DNA of 33,013 nucleotides from contig CANMWZ010000044.1 of NCBI GenBank assembly GCA_947501605.1, positions 1-33,013 of the forward strand, given 5' to 3'. Both the position numbers and the translations under genes were made by a program. How positions within the stretch are numbered: the first letter of the stretch is position 1; each line of letters opens with the position of its first letter. Under the pieces are notes generated by a model. That model was not told the DNA's origin. It was given only the letters and a program-made list of their open reading frames with translations, and did not search any database. Shown here in pieces: positions 8,765 to 18,251 of this stretch. Source of the DNA: Planctomycetota bacterium (GTDB taxonomy: Bacteria; Planctomycetota; UBA1135; UBA2386).

Positions 8765-9190
8765 ATGAAGTCCCTCTTCGCGTTCGCCTTCCCCCTGTTG
8801 CTCACCGCCGTGGCGGGGGCCCAGACCTGCAACTTCCAACTCTTTGGTCGCCCTTGCGGCGGCAATCTCGCCGGCCAGCAGGTCACGACGCCCACGGCCC
8901 AGGGCATCCGCTTCGATGGTTCGGGACTGGCGCCAGGGGCCATTGCGATCCTGGTGCTCGGCCAGCAAGCCGCGGCGCCCATCGCCCTGCCGGGCTCGAC
9001 CTGCCAACTCCTCGTCCAGCACAGCAACACGGTGGTGGCCCAGGCCGATCGCACCAATGCCGTGATGTTCCGGTTTCCGATGCCGGCCCGGCTGCCGATC
9101 ACGGCCGACTTCCAGATCGTCACGATCGGCTTCACGCGCAATGGGCGCATCGCCGAGTCGACCAACGGCGTCACGATCGCCTGCCGCTGA
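8765..9190 (+). CDS. Small secreted beta-rich hypothetical protein
   Basis: AAGGAG RBS upstream and an extended -10-like TGCTAACCT at 8713-8721. Signal peptide MKSLFAFAFPLLLTAVAGA/Q; Cys-containing FGRPCGG and PGSTCQLLV. Confidence 0.75.
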   Translation: MKSLFAFAFPLLLTAVAGAQTCNFQLFGRPCGGNLAGQQVTTPTAQGIRFDGSGLAPGAIAILVLGQQAAAPIALPGSTCQLLVQHSNTVVAQADRTNAVMFRFPMPARLPITADFQIVTIGFTRNGRIAESTNGVTIACR

Positions 9191-9309
9191 TTGTCAACCT
9201 GCCCGGGTCGCGACGCAGAGCCGGGGCACGGCTCTGGTCATCGTGCACGGCATGCGGTCGAATGCGAACCTCCCTCGCGTGTCGAGGTTCGCACACGTAA
9301 CCGCGCTGC

Positions 9310-9831
9310 ATGACTCTGACGCCAGAAGTTGCCTTCGAACAGCATCGCGAGCGATTGCTGTCGGTGATCTACCTGCGCATGGGGCCGCAACTCCGGACGC
9401 GCATGGACGCCGAAGACGTCATGCAGGAAGTCGCGATCGAGGCGATCAACTCATGGCACACGCTGTCGGAGCCGCAGAACGCCGGCGCCTGGCTCGTGAC
9501 CCTGGCCAAGCGCAAAGTCGCCCGCATCCTGCGTGATCAGATTGGCGTGGCGGCGCGCAATCCGAATCGAGAACGGCAGGTGCTCACCGATTTGCCGATC
9601 GCCGATCGCCGCTCCGGTCCGGTTACGGCGGCGGACCGTCGCGATCGTCTCGAATTGCTGGGGCAGGCACTCGAGCGACTGTCCGAGGACTATCGCGAGG
9701 TCGTGTTGCTGACCAAGATCGAGGGCTTGCCGGCCAAGGAAGTTGGCGTCCGCATGGACCGTTCCGAGAATGCCGTCAATCTGCTGTTGAGCCGCGCCCT
9801 CAAGCGTTTGGCCGAGGAGCTCAAGCTGTGA
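9310..9831 (+). CDS. ECF-type RNA polymerase sigma-70 factor
   Basis: Sigma2 region DAEDVMQE...AWL..LA and sigma4 region LERLSEDYREVVLL..IEGL..KEV...M.RS..AV..LL.RA; 173 aa. Confidence 0.9.
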   Translation: MTLTPEVAFEQHRERLLSVIYLRMGPQLRTRMDAEDVMQEVAIEAINSWHTLSEPQNAGAWLVTLAKRKVARILRDQIGVAARNPNRERQVLTDLPIADRRSGPVTAADRRDRLELLGQALERLSEDYREVVLLTKIEGLPAKEVGVRMDRSENAVNLLLSRALKRLAEELKL

Positions 9832-12425
9832 CCGGGGACGGCCCGCACGAGCCCGAGGCAGCGCCGCTACCTGACAACGACTCCAGCATGGTCGACGGCC
9901 GCATGGCGGATCTGCTGGCCTCGGGCCGCACTGGCTCGGATGTGCGCCGAGAGCTGGAGCAGACCACGACACCCGAGGGCGAGGATCTGCTCAGTCGGCT
10001 CAATGCGCTGGACTTCCTCACCGGCATCGTTGGCGAGGCCTCGGACATGCCCGAGCGCCTGGGCGACTACCGCATCACCGGTCTGCTCGGCCGCGGTGGC
10101 ATGGGCACGGTCTACCTGGCCTATCAGGAAGAGCTCGAGCGCGAAGTCGCGTTGAAGGTGTTGGCGCCGGCGTGGTCGTCGGACCCGACGATGCGTCAGC
10201 GCTTTCGCGCCGAGGCTCGAGCGACTGCCGCGCTGCACCATCGCCACATCGTCCCGATCTACGACTATGGCGAGGCCCAAGGGCGCTTGTTCTTCGCCAT
10301 GGAACGCGTCGACGGGCTCAGCCTCGACAAGCACATCAACGCGGCCCGCCGCCGCAACGAGCGGCCGCTCGAACCGCGCGAGGCTGCTCGGCGTTTTGCC
10401 GGCGTCGCCGACGCGCTCGGCCTCGCGCATCGCCGTCGGTTGCTGCATCGCGATGTGAAGCCAGGCAACATCCTGGTCGCGACGGATGGCACCTTGGCGC
10501 TGACGGACTTTGGCCTCGCCAAGGCGCTGGACCAGGGGTCGATGCGGCTCACGTCGAAGAGCGGCGGGTTTCTCGGGACTCTGCACTACAGCTCACCCGA
10601 GCAGGCGATGGGCGGCAACTTGACGCCGGCGAGCGACCTCTACTCGCTTGGTGTCACGATGTACGAGGCCGTCAGCGGCGAGCTGCCGCTATCGGGCAAG
10701 ACCACCGAGAACGTGCTGCAGCAGATCCTCTACGGCTCGCCACGGCGTCTGCGCGACGTCTTGCCAAAGCCGCCGAAGGACCTCGAAGCCGTCATCGACA
10801 AGTTGCTGAGCCGCGAGCCAGGCGATCGCTACCAGGACGGTGAAGAGCTGTCGCGTGATCTCGCGCGCATCGCCGACGGCGAGCCGGTGCACATTCGCAA
10901 GCTGCCCATGGTGGTGCGCCTGCTTCGTCGCGTGCGCAAGAACCCGGTGTTGGCCGGCGCGATCATCGCAGCGTCGGTGCTGCTGTTGGTCACGGTGCTG
11001 CTCGTGCGCGTCTTGCGCGAAGAGAAAGGGCAGAGCTTGCTGTCGCGGCACCAGGTCAACCTCGTCAACGTCGCCAATCAGGTGCGCGCTGAAATGGGAT
11101 CGCCGTGGGGGCCAGCGCCGATGTTGCAGTGCCTCATCGGCGGCGAGCCGGTACCGGTCGTCGCGGCGAGCGAAGGCATGGTGGCGATGCTCGCGCGCCT
11201 CGCTGCCGAAGTGCCCGACGACATCATCCCGCAGCGCATGCTGGCCGGCTACCAGTCGGACCCGCTGCCGGCTGCCAGCGAGTTGCTTGCCCGTGGGCAA
11301 GGGCTCGAAGCACTGGCGTTGTACGACGCCGCGATCGGCAGCGAGGTTTCCATGCGCACGTTCGCCGACCTGTCGGTGGACCTGCGCCTGTACTCGCTCT
11401 ATCTCGGCCGCGCCTGCGCCTTCCTGACGGCTTCCGTGATGCGGCCGATCGATGCGCGTCGCGACCTCGACCTCGCTTCGTTTCTCCGGCCGAGCTCGGT
11501 CTTTCCGCGCGCACTCGCAGTCGTTTTGCGCCTCAGCGAGGCTGCCGACGTCGACGCCGAGTTGGCTGAGATCGAACGTGAGTTGCAGAGTGCGGGTGCG
11601 GACCGTCGTGCGGTAGTGGGACGTCTGCTCCTGGCGATGGCGTCGCTCCGCGTTGCGGTCGACGCCAACCTGATGCCATTCCCGATGTCCTTTGGCGAAC
11701 GTGAGCGCGTGCACGACCTCGGCGCCCGGCTCGCCGACGTACAGCCGAACGCCCCTGCTGGGAACGGCGCCCCGACCGGGTGCGCGCGCGAACTACACGC
11801 GCTCGCGCTGCAGTTCGCCAACAGCCTCGGCTCGGCCCAAGCAACCGCGCCATTGGCGGAACAGCTACGGGCGCGAGTCCAGCTCTCGGTGCACCCGCAA
11901 TCGGCGCTGCAAGGCTACTTCGGTGCCGTCCAGTTGCTCGAACGACCGCGTTCGTCCGCGCCGTTGCTCGATGCCATTGGTCAGCAGATGACGCCGGCCC
12001 TCGAACTCGCGTCCTGGGCCGTGGTGCAGCAGCTTGCGCCGCCGCCGGAATTGCTCGGACGCCTGATCCCGCGCTTCCTGCGCTTCGTCGATGACCACGC
12101 GGATCTCGACGGCATCGTGCCGGTCGCCGCGGGACTTGCCCTGGCGTCGCGCTCGGATCGCGCCGCTGAGTTTGCTCGCACTTGGCGCGTCGCCGACTCG
12201 GATGACCCAGGCGCCTTGCGCTGTCGCCTCGAGCTGTCGCTGCGCGAAGGGAACCTCGATGCGGGGCTCGATGACGCGATGGAGTTCGTCCAACGATCGC
12301 GCGATCGCGCCGAGGCAATCAAGATCGTGGTCCGCACGTGTGGCGCGATGAGCGCGGATGCGCCCGAGGCCACTCGCAAAGGCATCGACGACCTCGGCGC
12401 CCGCTTCGAGGAACTGCTGCGATGA
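9828..12425 (+). CDS. Hanks-type Ser/Thr protein kinase with TM helix and C-terminal helical/TPR-like domain
   Basis: GRGGMG, VALK, HRDVKPGN, DFG, GTLHYSSPE, SDLYSLG; TM VLAGAIIAASVLLLVTVLLV; GTGA overlap with the sigma gene. Confidence 0.92.
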   Translation: MTGDGPHEPEAAPLPDNDSSMVDGRMADLLASGRTGSDVRRELEQTTTPEGEDLLSRLNALDFLTGIVGEASDMPERLGDYRITGLLGRGGMGTVYLAYQEELEREVALKVLAPAWSSDPTMRQRFRAEARATAALHHRHIVPIYDYGEAQGRLFFAMERVDGLSLDKHINAARRRNERPLEPREAARRFAGVADALGLAHRRRLLHRDVKPGNILVATDGTLALTDFGLAKALDQGSMRLTSKSGGFLGTLHYSSPEQAMGGNLTPASDLYSLGVTMYEAVSGELPLSGKTTENVLQQILYGSPRRLRDVLPKPPKDLEAVIDKLLSREPGDRYQDGEELSRDLARIADGEPVHIRKLPMVVRLLRRVRKNPVLAGAIIAASVLLLVTVLLVRVLREEKGQSLLSRHQVNLVNVANQVRAEMGSPWGPAPMLQCLIGGEPVPVVAASEGMVAMLARLAAEVPDDIIPQRMLAGYQSDPLPAASELLARGQGLEALALYDAAIGSEVSMRTFADLSVDLRLYSLYLGRACAFLTASVMRPIDARRDLDLASFLRPSSVFPRALAVVLRLSEAADVDAELAEIERELQSAGADRRAVVGRLLLAMASLRVAVDANLMPFPMSFGERERVHDLGARLADVQPNAPAGNGAPTGCARELHALALQFANSLGSAQATAPLAEQLRARVQLSVHPQSALQGYFGAVQLLERPRSSAPLLDAIGQQMTPALELASWAVVQQLAPPPELLGRLIPRFLRFVDDHADLDGIVPVAAGLALASRSDRAAEFARTWRVADSDDPGALRCRLELSLREGNLDAGLDDAMEFVQRSRDRAEAIKIVVRTCGAMSADAPEATRKGIDDLGARFEELLR

Positions 12426-15268
12426 TCGACCGCAAACTCGGGATCTTCCTGGCTGCGCTCGTGCTCGTTGCGATCGCCACGGTGACGTGGTGGGTCGTGC
12501 ACGATGCCTCGAACGCACCGTTCGACGATCCGGTGCCGGCTCAGCCGACGGCCAGCGGTCAGGTGACCCCGCTCGCACCTGCCATTGCTCCCGCCCCGGC
12601 CCCACTGTCCAAAGATCGCAGCGAGACCGGCCTGCTCGGCGTCGTGCTGCAGCCCGACGGCCGTCCTGCCGCTGGGACCACGGTCACTCTGTTCCGTCAG
12701 CAGTCGGCATGGCCCGAGTGGCGCCGTGAGCCGATCGAGTCGGTGGAGACTGGCGGCGACGGTGCGTTTGCGTTTGCCACTCCGCGCGCACCCCACCTGC
12801 TGGTCGGCTTCGAGCACCCTGACTTCGCCGGTGACGTGCAGGAGGCTCCTGCATCGCTGCGCGAACTGGTGCTGCATCTGCAGCGCGGCTTCGACGTCGA
12901 GGGCATCGTCACCAACGATGCCGGCCTACCGATGCCGAACGTCCGGGTGTCGCTGGAGTCGACGTTGGTCGACGAGCGAGTCGTGAGCGCGACCGACACC
13001 AGCAGTGCTGGCCGGTTCCGCTTCCGCAACGTGGCGATGGGGACCATGCGTGTGGTAGCGCGGCATGAATGGTGGCAGCCAGCGGTGCTCGCCAACGTGG
13101 TCGTCGGCTCGTTCGTCCGCACTCTCGAACTGCGCTTCTCCCGCCCGGCGCTGGCGCTCGAGGGGCGCGTTATGTCGTCGGCAACGCAGGAGCCGGTCGC
13201 CGGCGCTCTGGTGCTGGCGTTGCCGCCGGTGCATCGTCTGGGTCGCAACGAGCCAGCCACGACGACCACGTTGGCCGATGGTTCCTTCCGGCTGGCCGGG
13301 CTTGCGCGCGGCGTTCTGCGCCTCGAAGTGCGGCACCCGGACTACGCGACTGTCGGTCGCTCCGTTGCTGTCGGCTCCGGCTTCGCGCCGCAGACCTTCG
13401 ATCTGCTGCCGCGCGGCGAGGTGCGCGGCCGCCTCGATGCGGCCGACAGCGAACTGTTCCAGGGCGCGGTGCTGACGCTGCGCAGCGCGGTCGATGAACT
13501 GGTGACCACGGAAGTGCAAGCCGACGGCTCGTTCGTGTTTTCGCGAACCGTCACTCCCGGCGCTGCCTCGCTTTCGGTCGCCGGCGGGCGCTTCGCCTTC
13601 GCGTCGGGTTCGAGCGTCTTGACCATCAAGGTAGAAGAGGCCGGCGTTCCTTTGGTGCTGGATGTGCTGAGCCCGGCAATCGTCACGGCGCGCGTCGTCG
13701 ATGCGGCCGGTTTGCCGATCGCGGGCGCACGCATCACCGCGCCCGCAACCGGGATGCTGCTCGACCGCCTGTCGCGCGCCGGCAACGCACTGCTCGATCG
13801 CAACATCGGCAAGCTCGGGGACCAGTTGACGCGTTCCGCTGCCGGCGAACCCGAGCCCTTGCTCGCGGTGACGGACGACAAAGGGCGCTTCCGCGTCGCC
13901 GGACTCGCCCCCGGCGCCGTCACGTTGCGAGCCGCCCGCGAAGGCTACGGCAGCAGCCAAGTCGAAGTCGTGATGCCGTTGTGCGGCGAAACCTTGGAGG
14001 CCGCCGCGATCTCGTTGCCTGATGGCTGTCGGATTCGCGGCCGCGTGCAGCGCGGTGGGCGGCCGATGCCAGGTGTGCAGGTCGGCGTCGTCGTTGATGG
14101 CCTTGCCGTCACCGCGGTGACCGGGCTCGACGGCACCTACGAGCTTGTTGATCTGTTGCCCGGTGAGTACCGCGTTTCGGCTCGCTACTCGACGTTTCCC
14201 TCGGTCAAGGCCCGCGATGCCGCGAAGGCAGATGCTCGCACCCCGGTGGTCGTCGATCTCGAACTGCCGGCAGGCCGCACGATTCGCGGGATCGTCACCG
14301 GGACCGACGGGCAACCGGTCGAGGGCGCGGTGGTGCTGATCCGTGGCGAGCAGGTCAACCCCGTGCTCTGCGACAGCAACGGCGTGTTCGAACTCGAAGC
14401 CCCCAATCGCGAGGTCGAACTCGTGGTCGGGCAATCGGACCGCGGCGCGCGCAAGATCGTGCCGGTCAAGATCGGCGATGACCGCGTCAACATCGCGATC
14501 GAGGCAATGCCCGACAGCACGGTCACTGCGCGCGTGCTCGGGTTGCCCGGTCGCCGAGCGATCCCTGGTGTGCTGATGCGCGTTGCTCGCGACGCGGGCG
14601 ATGCCGCCGCTTCGTCGCGGTGGCTCGATCTCGACAGCGGCAATTTGCGCAATCCGCTCTATCCCGCAGGCAAGTCGACGGTCGTCTTCTGGGCCGAGGG
14701 CTATGCGCCCGTCGCTCGGGAAGTCGAGGTGGCGGCTGGCCAAGAACTCGATCTCGGCGAACTGCTGCTGGAGCCAGGCTGCGTGCTACGAGGCGTCGTT
14801 CGCGATGAGCAAGGGCGACCCATTGCCGCCGCTGAGGTCTTCCTCGGCGAAGAGTCCGACTTCATGGAGTACCAGGCGCGAACCCGCAGCGACGAGCGCG
14901 GTGAGTTCGAAGTTCGCGGCGTATCGAGCGCGGCGGCGACGCTGCTGGTCCGCGCTCAAGGCTACGCCTGGAAGGCCGTGCCGCTGCGCTTGCCTGCCGA
15001 CGTGCTCGCAGAGGATCGGCTTGCAGTGTGTGCGGAGCGCGGATCGGCGATCGAAGTCAAGGTGGCCGGCCGCGACGTCGAAGGCTCGATGCTCGTGCTC
15101 CGTCGCGGCGGCCGGGTGGTGGCGACGGCGGAGGTCGACGACAACGGCGTGGCGCTCTTTCAGAACCGCGGCCCGGGCGACTATGTCGTGCAACGCTTTG
15201 GCGACGAGGCGCAGCAGGCGATCGTGCAGGTTCGCGGGTCGGGCGAAGTCTTGCGCGCCGAGCTCTGA
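12422..15268 (+). CDS. Membrane-anchored carboxypeptidase regulatory-like (transthyretin-like beta-sandwich) repeat protein
   Basis: ATGA overlap at 12422; N-terminal TM. Multiple repeats of G.V...G.P..GA.V and T...G.F.l..l..G...l.a...gy. Confidence 0.85.
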   Translation: MIDRKLGIFLAALVLVAIATVTWWVVHDASNAPFDDPVPAQPTASGQVTPLAPAIAPAPAPLSKDRSETGLLGVVLQPDGRPAAGTTVTLFRQQSAWPEWRREPIESVETGGDGAFAFATPRAPHLLVGFEHPDFAGDVQEAPASLRELVLHLQRGFDVEGIVTNDAGLPMPNVRVSLESTLVDERVVSATDTSSAGRFRFRNVAMGTMRVVARHEWWQPAVLANVVVGSFVRTLELRFSRPALALEGRVMSSATQEPVAGALVLALPPVHRLGRNEPATTTTLADGSFRLAGLARGVLRLEVRHPDYATVGRSVAVGSGFAPQTFDLLPRGEVRGRLDAADSELFQGAVLTLRSAVDELVTTEVQADGSFVFSRTVTPGAASLSVAGGRFAFASGSSVLTIKVEEAGVPLVLDVLSPAIVTARVVDAAGLPIAGARITAPATGMLLDRLSRAGNALLDRNIGKLGDQLTRSAAGEPEPLLAVTDDKGRFRVAGLAPGAVTLRAAREGYGSSQVEVVMPLCGETLEAAAISLPDGCRIRGRVQRGGRPMPGVQVGVVVDGLAVTAVTGLDGTYELVDLLPGEYRVSARYSTFPSVKARDAAKADARTPVVVDLELPAGRTIRGIVTGTDGQPVEGAVVLIRGEQVNPVLCDSNGVFELEAPNREVELVVGQSDRGARKIVPVKIGDDRVNIAIEAMPDSTVTARVLGLPGRRAIPGVLMRVARDAGDAAASSRWLDLDSGNLRNPLYPAGKSTVVFWAEGYAPVAREVEVAAGQELDLGELLLEPGCVLRGVVRDEQGRPIAAAEVFLGEESDFMEYQARTRSDERGEFEVRGVSSAAATLLVRAQGYAWKAVPLRLPADVLAEDRLAVCAERGSAIEVKVAGRDVEGSMLVLRRGGRVVATAEVDDNGVALFQNRGPGDYVVQRFGDEAQQAIVQVRGSGEVLRAEL

Positions 15269-15279
15269 ATCACAGCCAC

Positions 15280-16548
15280 TCAGCGGGCGGCGACCTTCTG
15301 TAGCCACGCCCGGAACGGTGCCTCGAACTCCTCGATGCGCTTGCCCATGTCCTTGTCGAACAACGTCGAACTGTCGCCGCGCTTGTCGCCGAGCGCGGAT
15401 CGCACGTAGGCGAGGAACCGGACGCGTGTGTCGGGCAGGTTGTCCTCTCGCAGCAAGAACTGAGTGAACATCGCGGCGGTGCTCCACAACGTCTGCGTCG
15501 GAGCATCGTCGAGCAGGTAGTAGCCGCCGTACATCGGTTGGTGCAGCAAGCGCGCTAGGTCCAACTCGCGCGTCATGGTCTGCGCGGCGTGCAAATCCTG
15601 GGTTCGCACCTCGCCGGGCTCAGCGAAGCCCGCGTCGCCCTGCATCGTCAGTTCCGCGAACATCGGCAGACCGATCTCCAGCCAAGCACAGGTGCGGTCG
15701 CGGTCGTCGCGCGCATTCGACTGACCGATCAGCGTGCGGTAAAGCAGTGCCTGCGTGCCGACGAAGAACAGCCGTTGTGGTCTTGCCTGTGCCGGACTGG
15801 CAAAGAAGGTCCGGGCAACATCGCCGTGCGGCGCCGGTACGTAGTAGGGCAGCGGACGGTAGCCCCACTTGGCAAAGTCAGCGACGGCGTAGGTGACGTT
15901 CACGTCGATCGGCTGCAGCACTTCGTCGAGTTGCAGGGCCTCCCCAAAGGCATCGCGCCAGAAGACTCCGAGTCGTTCGAGGTCAAACAGCGCCGCCACG
16001 CCGGCGCGTAGGTTGCCGTCAAGGCGCAGGCGGAAGCGCTCGCCCGACAACGTGATCGGGTCCTGCGACAAGGCCTGTTCGAGTTGGGCCGCCGACAGCC
16101 AGCGCTCGCCGTGGGGCCACAGCCACTGGCCACCGCGTTGGCGGTGACCGAGCCGGTGGTGCGCGTGCTCGTCCTCGCTGGCGAGGCACACGTGCATCGC
16201 ATGCAGTTGCGCGAGGTTTGGCAGGCCGTGAGCGTCAGCCCACTCGATCAGAATTGCCTGCGCGGCCGACTTGCCCGCGAGCTTCTTTCGCTGCCGCAAG
16301 AACTCAGCGATGCGCGATGCCAACAGGTCCATTTCGGCAACATCGGCGCGTTCGATGCGCACGCGCTTGCCGCCCTGGACCACGAGCAGCGGCCCCGGGG
16401 CGAACGGCGCGACCACGCGTCCGGTCACGGTCTTGCCAGTCTTCAGCGTGACGACATCGCGGAGGTCGCCCTGAGCGGTTGCGGTTGCGACCACCGCCGC
16501 AGCGAACGCAGCGAGCCACCAGAGCCTCGGAGGCGACGATTGGAGCAT
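15280..16548 (-). CDS. Secreted hypothetical protein, DUF1570/peptidase MA-like but lacking HExxH
   Basis: Signal peptide ending ATA/Q; D.V.LKTG..V.G N-terminal motif; AWLEIGLPMFAE resembles the gluzincin W..EG.A...E helix. Confidence 0.6.
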   Translation of the reverse strand: MLQSSPPRLWWLAAFAAAVVATATAQGDLRDVVTLKTGKTVTGRVVAPFAPGPLLVVQGGKRVRIERADVAEMDLLASRIAEFLRQRKKLAGKSAAQAILIEWADAHGLPNLAQLHAMHVCLASEDEHAHHRLGHRQRGGQWLWPHGERWLSAAQLEQALSQDPITLSGERFRLRLDGNLRAGVAALFDLERLGVFWRDAFGEALQLDEVLQPIDVNVTYAVADFAKWGYRPLPYYVPAPHGDVARTFFASPAQARPQRLFFVGTQALLYRTLIGQSNARDDRDRTCAWLEIGLPMFAELTMQGDAGFAEPGEVRTQDLHAAQTMTRELDLARLLHQPMYGGYYLLDDAPTQTLWSTAAMFTQFLLREDNLPDTRVRFLAYVRSALGDKRGDSSTLFDKDMGKRIEEFEAPFRAWLQKVAAR

Positions 16549-16574
16549 CCGCGCATACTACTTCGCCACGCGTT

Positions 16575-18251
16575 TCAGCGGGGGGCGAGCAGTCGGGCGT
16601 AGTGATGGCGGCTGATCGGCACCGCCAGCGACATCAGCAGACCGCCGAGGCCAAACGCGATGAGGAGGATGGGCGGCCACAGTTCGGTCATCGCCGCGCG
16701 CACCTCGTGGACAGGGTGATGGTGGAAGCGCTGGAGCAGCCAGATCCAGCCGAAGAACGCCGGCGAGACCGCGAAGTAGAACGAGAACACCAAGACCACG
16801 GAGCCGACGAGGCCGCGGGAGCCCTGCGACAGTCGCCCGTCGATCTCGGGGCGCACGAGCCAGGGCCATGTGCCGACCGTGGCGACGGTCGCCAAGGCGA
16901 TCATGCTGCCAGCGCAGGCCAGGAGCACGAACGGGACGCATGCCGCCATGCCGGCATCGAGCCACTGCACGCCGGCCCATAGGGACAGCAGGAGCGGCCA
17001 GGTCATCAACACGGCGATGCTCTGCAGCTTGGCGAACAGCAGCGTCGTGGTCTGCAGCGGCGCTTGCAAGTAGAGCGGCCACTGCGCACCGTCGGCGGCT
17101 GAGAAGCGGCCCATGTGGGTGTACAGCAGCATCAAGACCGCGAGGAACCAGAGTGTCGTCATCGCCGCCACCTGGCGGAGTTCGGGCGGCATCTGGTCAC
17201 CAGCGAGGAAGCCGCCGACAAAGGTCCCCTGCGCCGCGAACACGTGGACCATCGCGCCGACGAGCAGCATGTGCACCAGCGCTCCTGGCTGTTGCAGGAT
17301 CTGCGCGAACTCCTTGCGCCGCAGCACTGCAATCGGACCGGCAGGCCAGCGCGAACGCCGCCGAGGCCGCTGCGCGCGTGCGAGTTCGTGGTTCTGAACG
17401 GCGCCGGCGTGCAATGGCGCCACCGCGAGGATCAAAGCGAGCATCAAGGCGGTGGGGGCCAGCACCGAGAACCAGTGCGCAGTCGTGGCCGTGCCATCAA
17501 CCGCATTTGCGAGCAAGCGCGCCGTGGCCCCGGTCAGTCGCCCAGCCTCGCGACTGCGTTGGGCTGCGTTCACGACCTCTTGGGCCGAGCTGGCGCCGCC
17601 GAAGAACACCTGGGCCAGCAGGAACACCGGGAAGCCAAAGGCTGCAAGCGCCGAGGTTGTCGACAGCACGAGCCGTGTCCAGGCTCCGCGCGCGAGACTC
17701 AGCAACAGGATCTGCAAGGCCAGCACGAAGCACAGAGGAGGCAGCACGACGGACGGCACCGCCAAGCCGACGGCGACCCAGGCTCCGGGGGAAGCGTCGG
17801 TGACGAGCAGCATCTGCACGAGCAGCGGCAGGCACAGCCCTGACGCCCACAGCACCGCCGTCGCGGCGGCTCTGAGGAGGACTTGCAACGCGGCCCGTCC
17901 GCGGCGGATCGGGGCGGACTGCCAGAGCACCAGCTCGGGCGCCTCGAACAACTGCCGCTGCGCTAGCGCAAAGCCGATCCAGCCGGCGACCACGGGGCCT
18001 GGGGCCAGGGCGTGGCCGAACAGATACGCCAGTGGATCGCCGCCGTTGTCGAGCAGCGACAGCATGTGGCGGTGCTGCAGCAGCATTGCGCCGAGCATCC
18101 AGTGCATTGCTGCGAGTACGACCGGCGGAGCGAAGCGGCCGATCAGCGCCGCGCGCCCGTCGGTGCGGAAGCCGTTGGCCAACGCCTGGAGGTCAGCGCG
18201 CAGCAGACCCATCGCCGTTCTCCATCTCGGGTCGTGCAGCGTCGCCGCCAC
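16575..18251 (-). CDS. ABC transporter permease (putative exporter, about 12 TM)
   Basis: Many hydrophobic helices; two related loops (ELVLWQSAPI and QWPLYLQAPL); directly follows the ABC ATPase. Start may instead be ATG 18212. Confidence 0.75.
   Translation of the reverse strand: MAATLHDPRWRTAMGLLRADLQALANGFRTDGRAALIGRFAPPVVLAAMHWMLGAMLLQHRHMLSLLDNGGDPLAYLFGHALAPGPVVAGWIGFALAQRQLFEAPELVLWQSAPIRRGRAALQVLLRAAATAVLWASGLCLPLLVQMLLVTDASPGAWVAVGLAVPSVVLPPLCFVLALQILLLSLARGAWTRLVLSTTSALAAFGFPVFLLAQVFFGGASSAQEVVNAAQRSREAGRLTGATARLLANAVDGTATTAHWFSVLAPTALMLALILAVAPLHAGAVQNHELARAQRPRRRSRWPAGPIAVLRRKEFAQILQQPGALVHMLLVGAMVHVFAAQGTFVGGFLAGDQMPPELRQVAAMTTLWFLAVLMLLYTHMGRFSAADGAQWPLYLQAPLQTTTLLFAKLQSIAVLMTWPLLLSLWAGVQWLDAGMAACVPFVLLACAGSMIALATVATVGTWPWLVRPEIDGRLSQGSRGLVGSVVLVFSFYFAVSPAFFGWIWLLQRFHHHPVHEVRAAMTELWPPILLIAFGLGGLLMSLAVPISRHHYARLLAPR

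Noticed and set aside
9223..9238. Sigma54-like GGGCACG element upstream of the ECF gene
   Set aside because: The -12 position reads TGGT rather than TTGC, so the invariant GC is absent.
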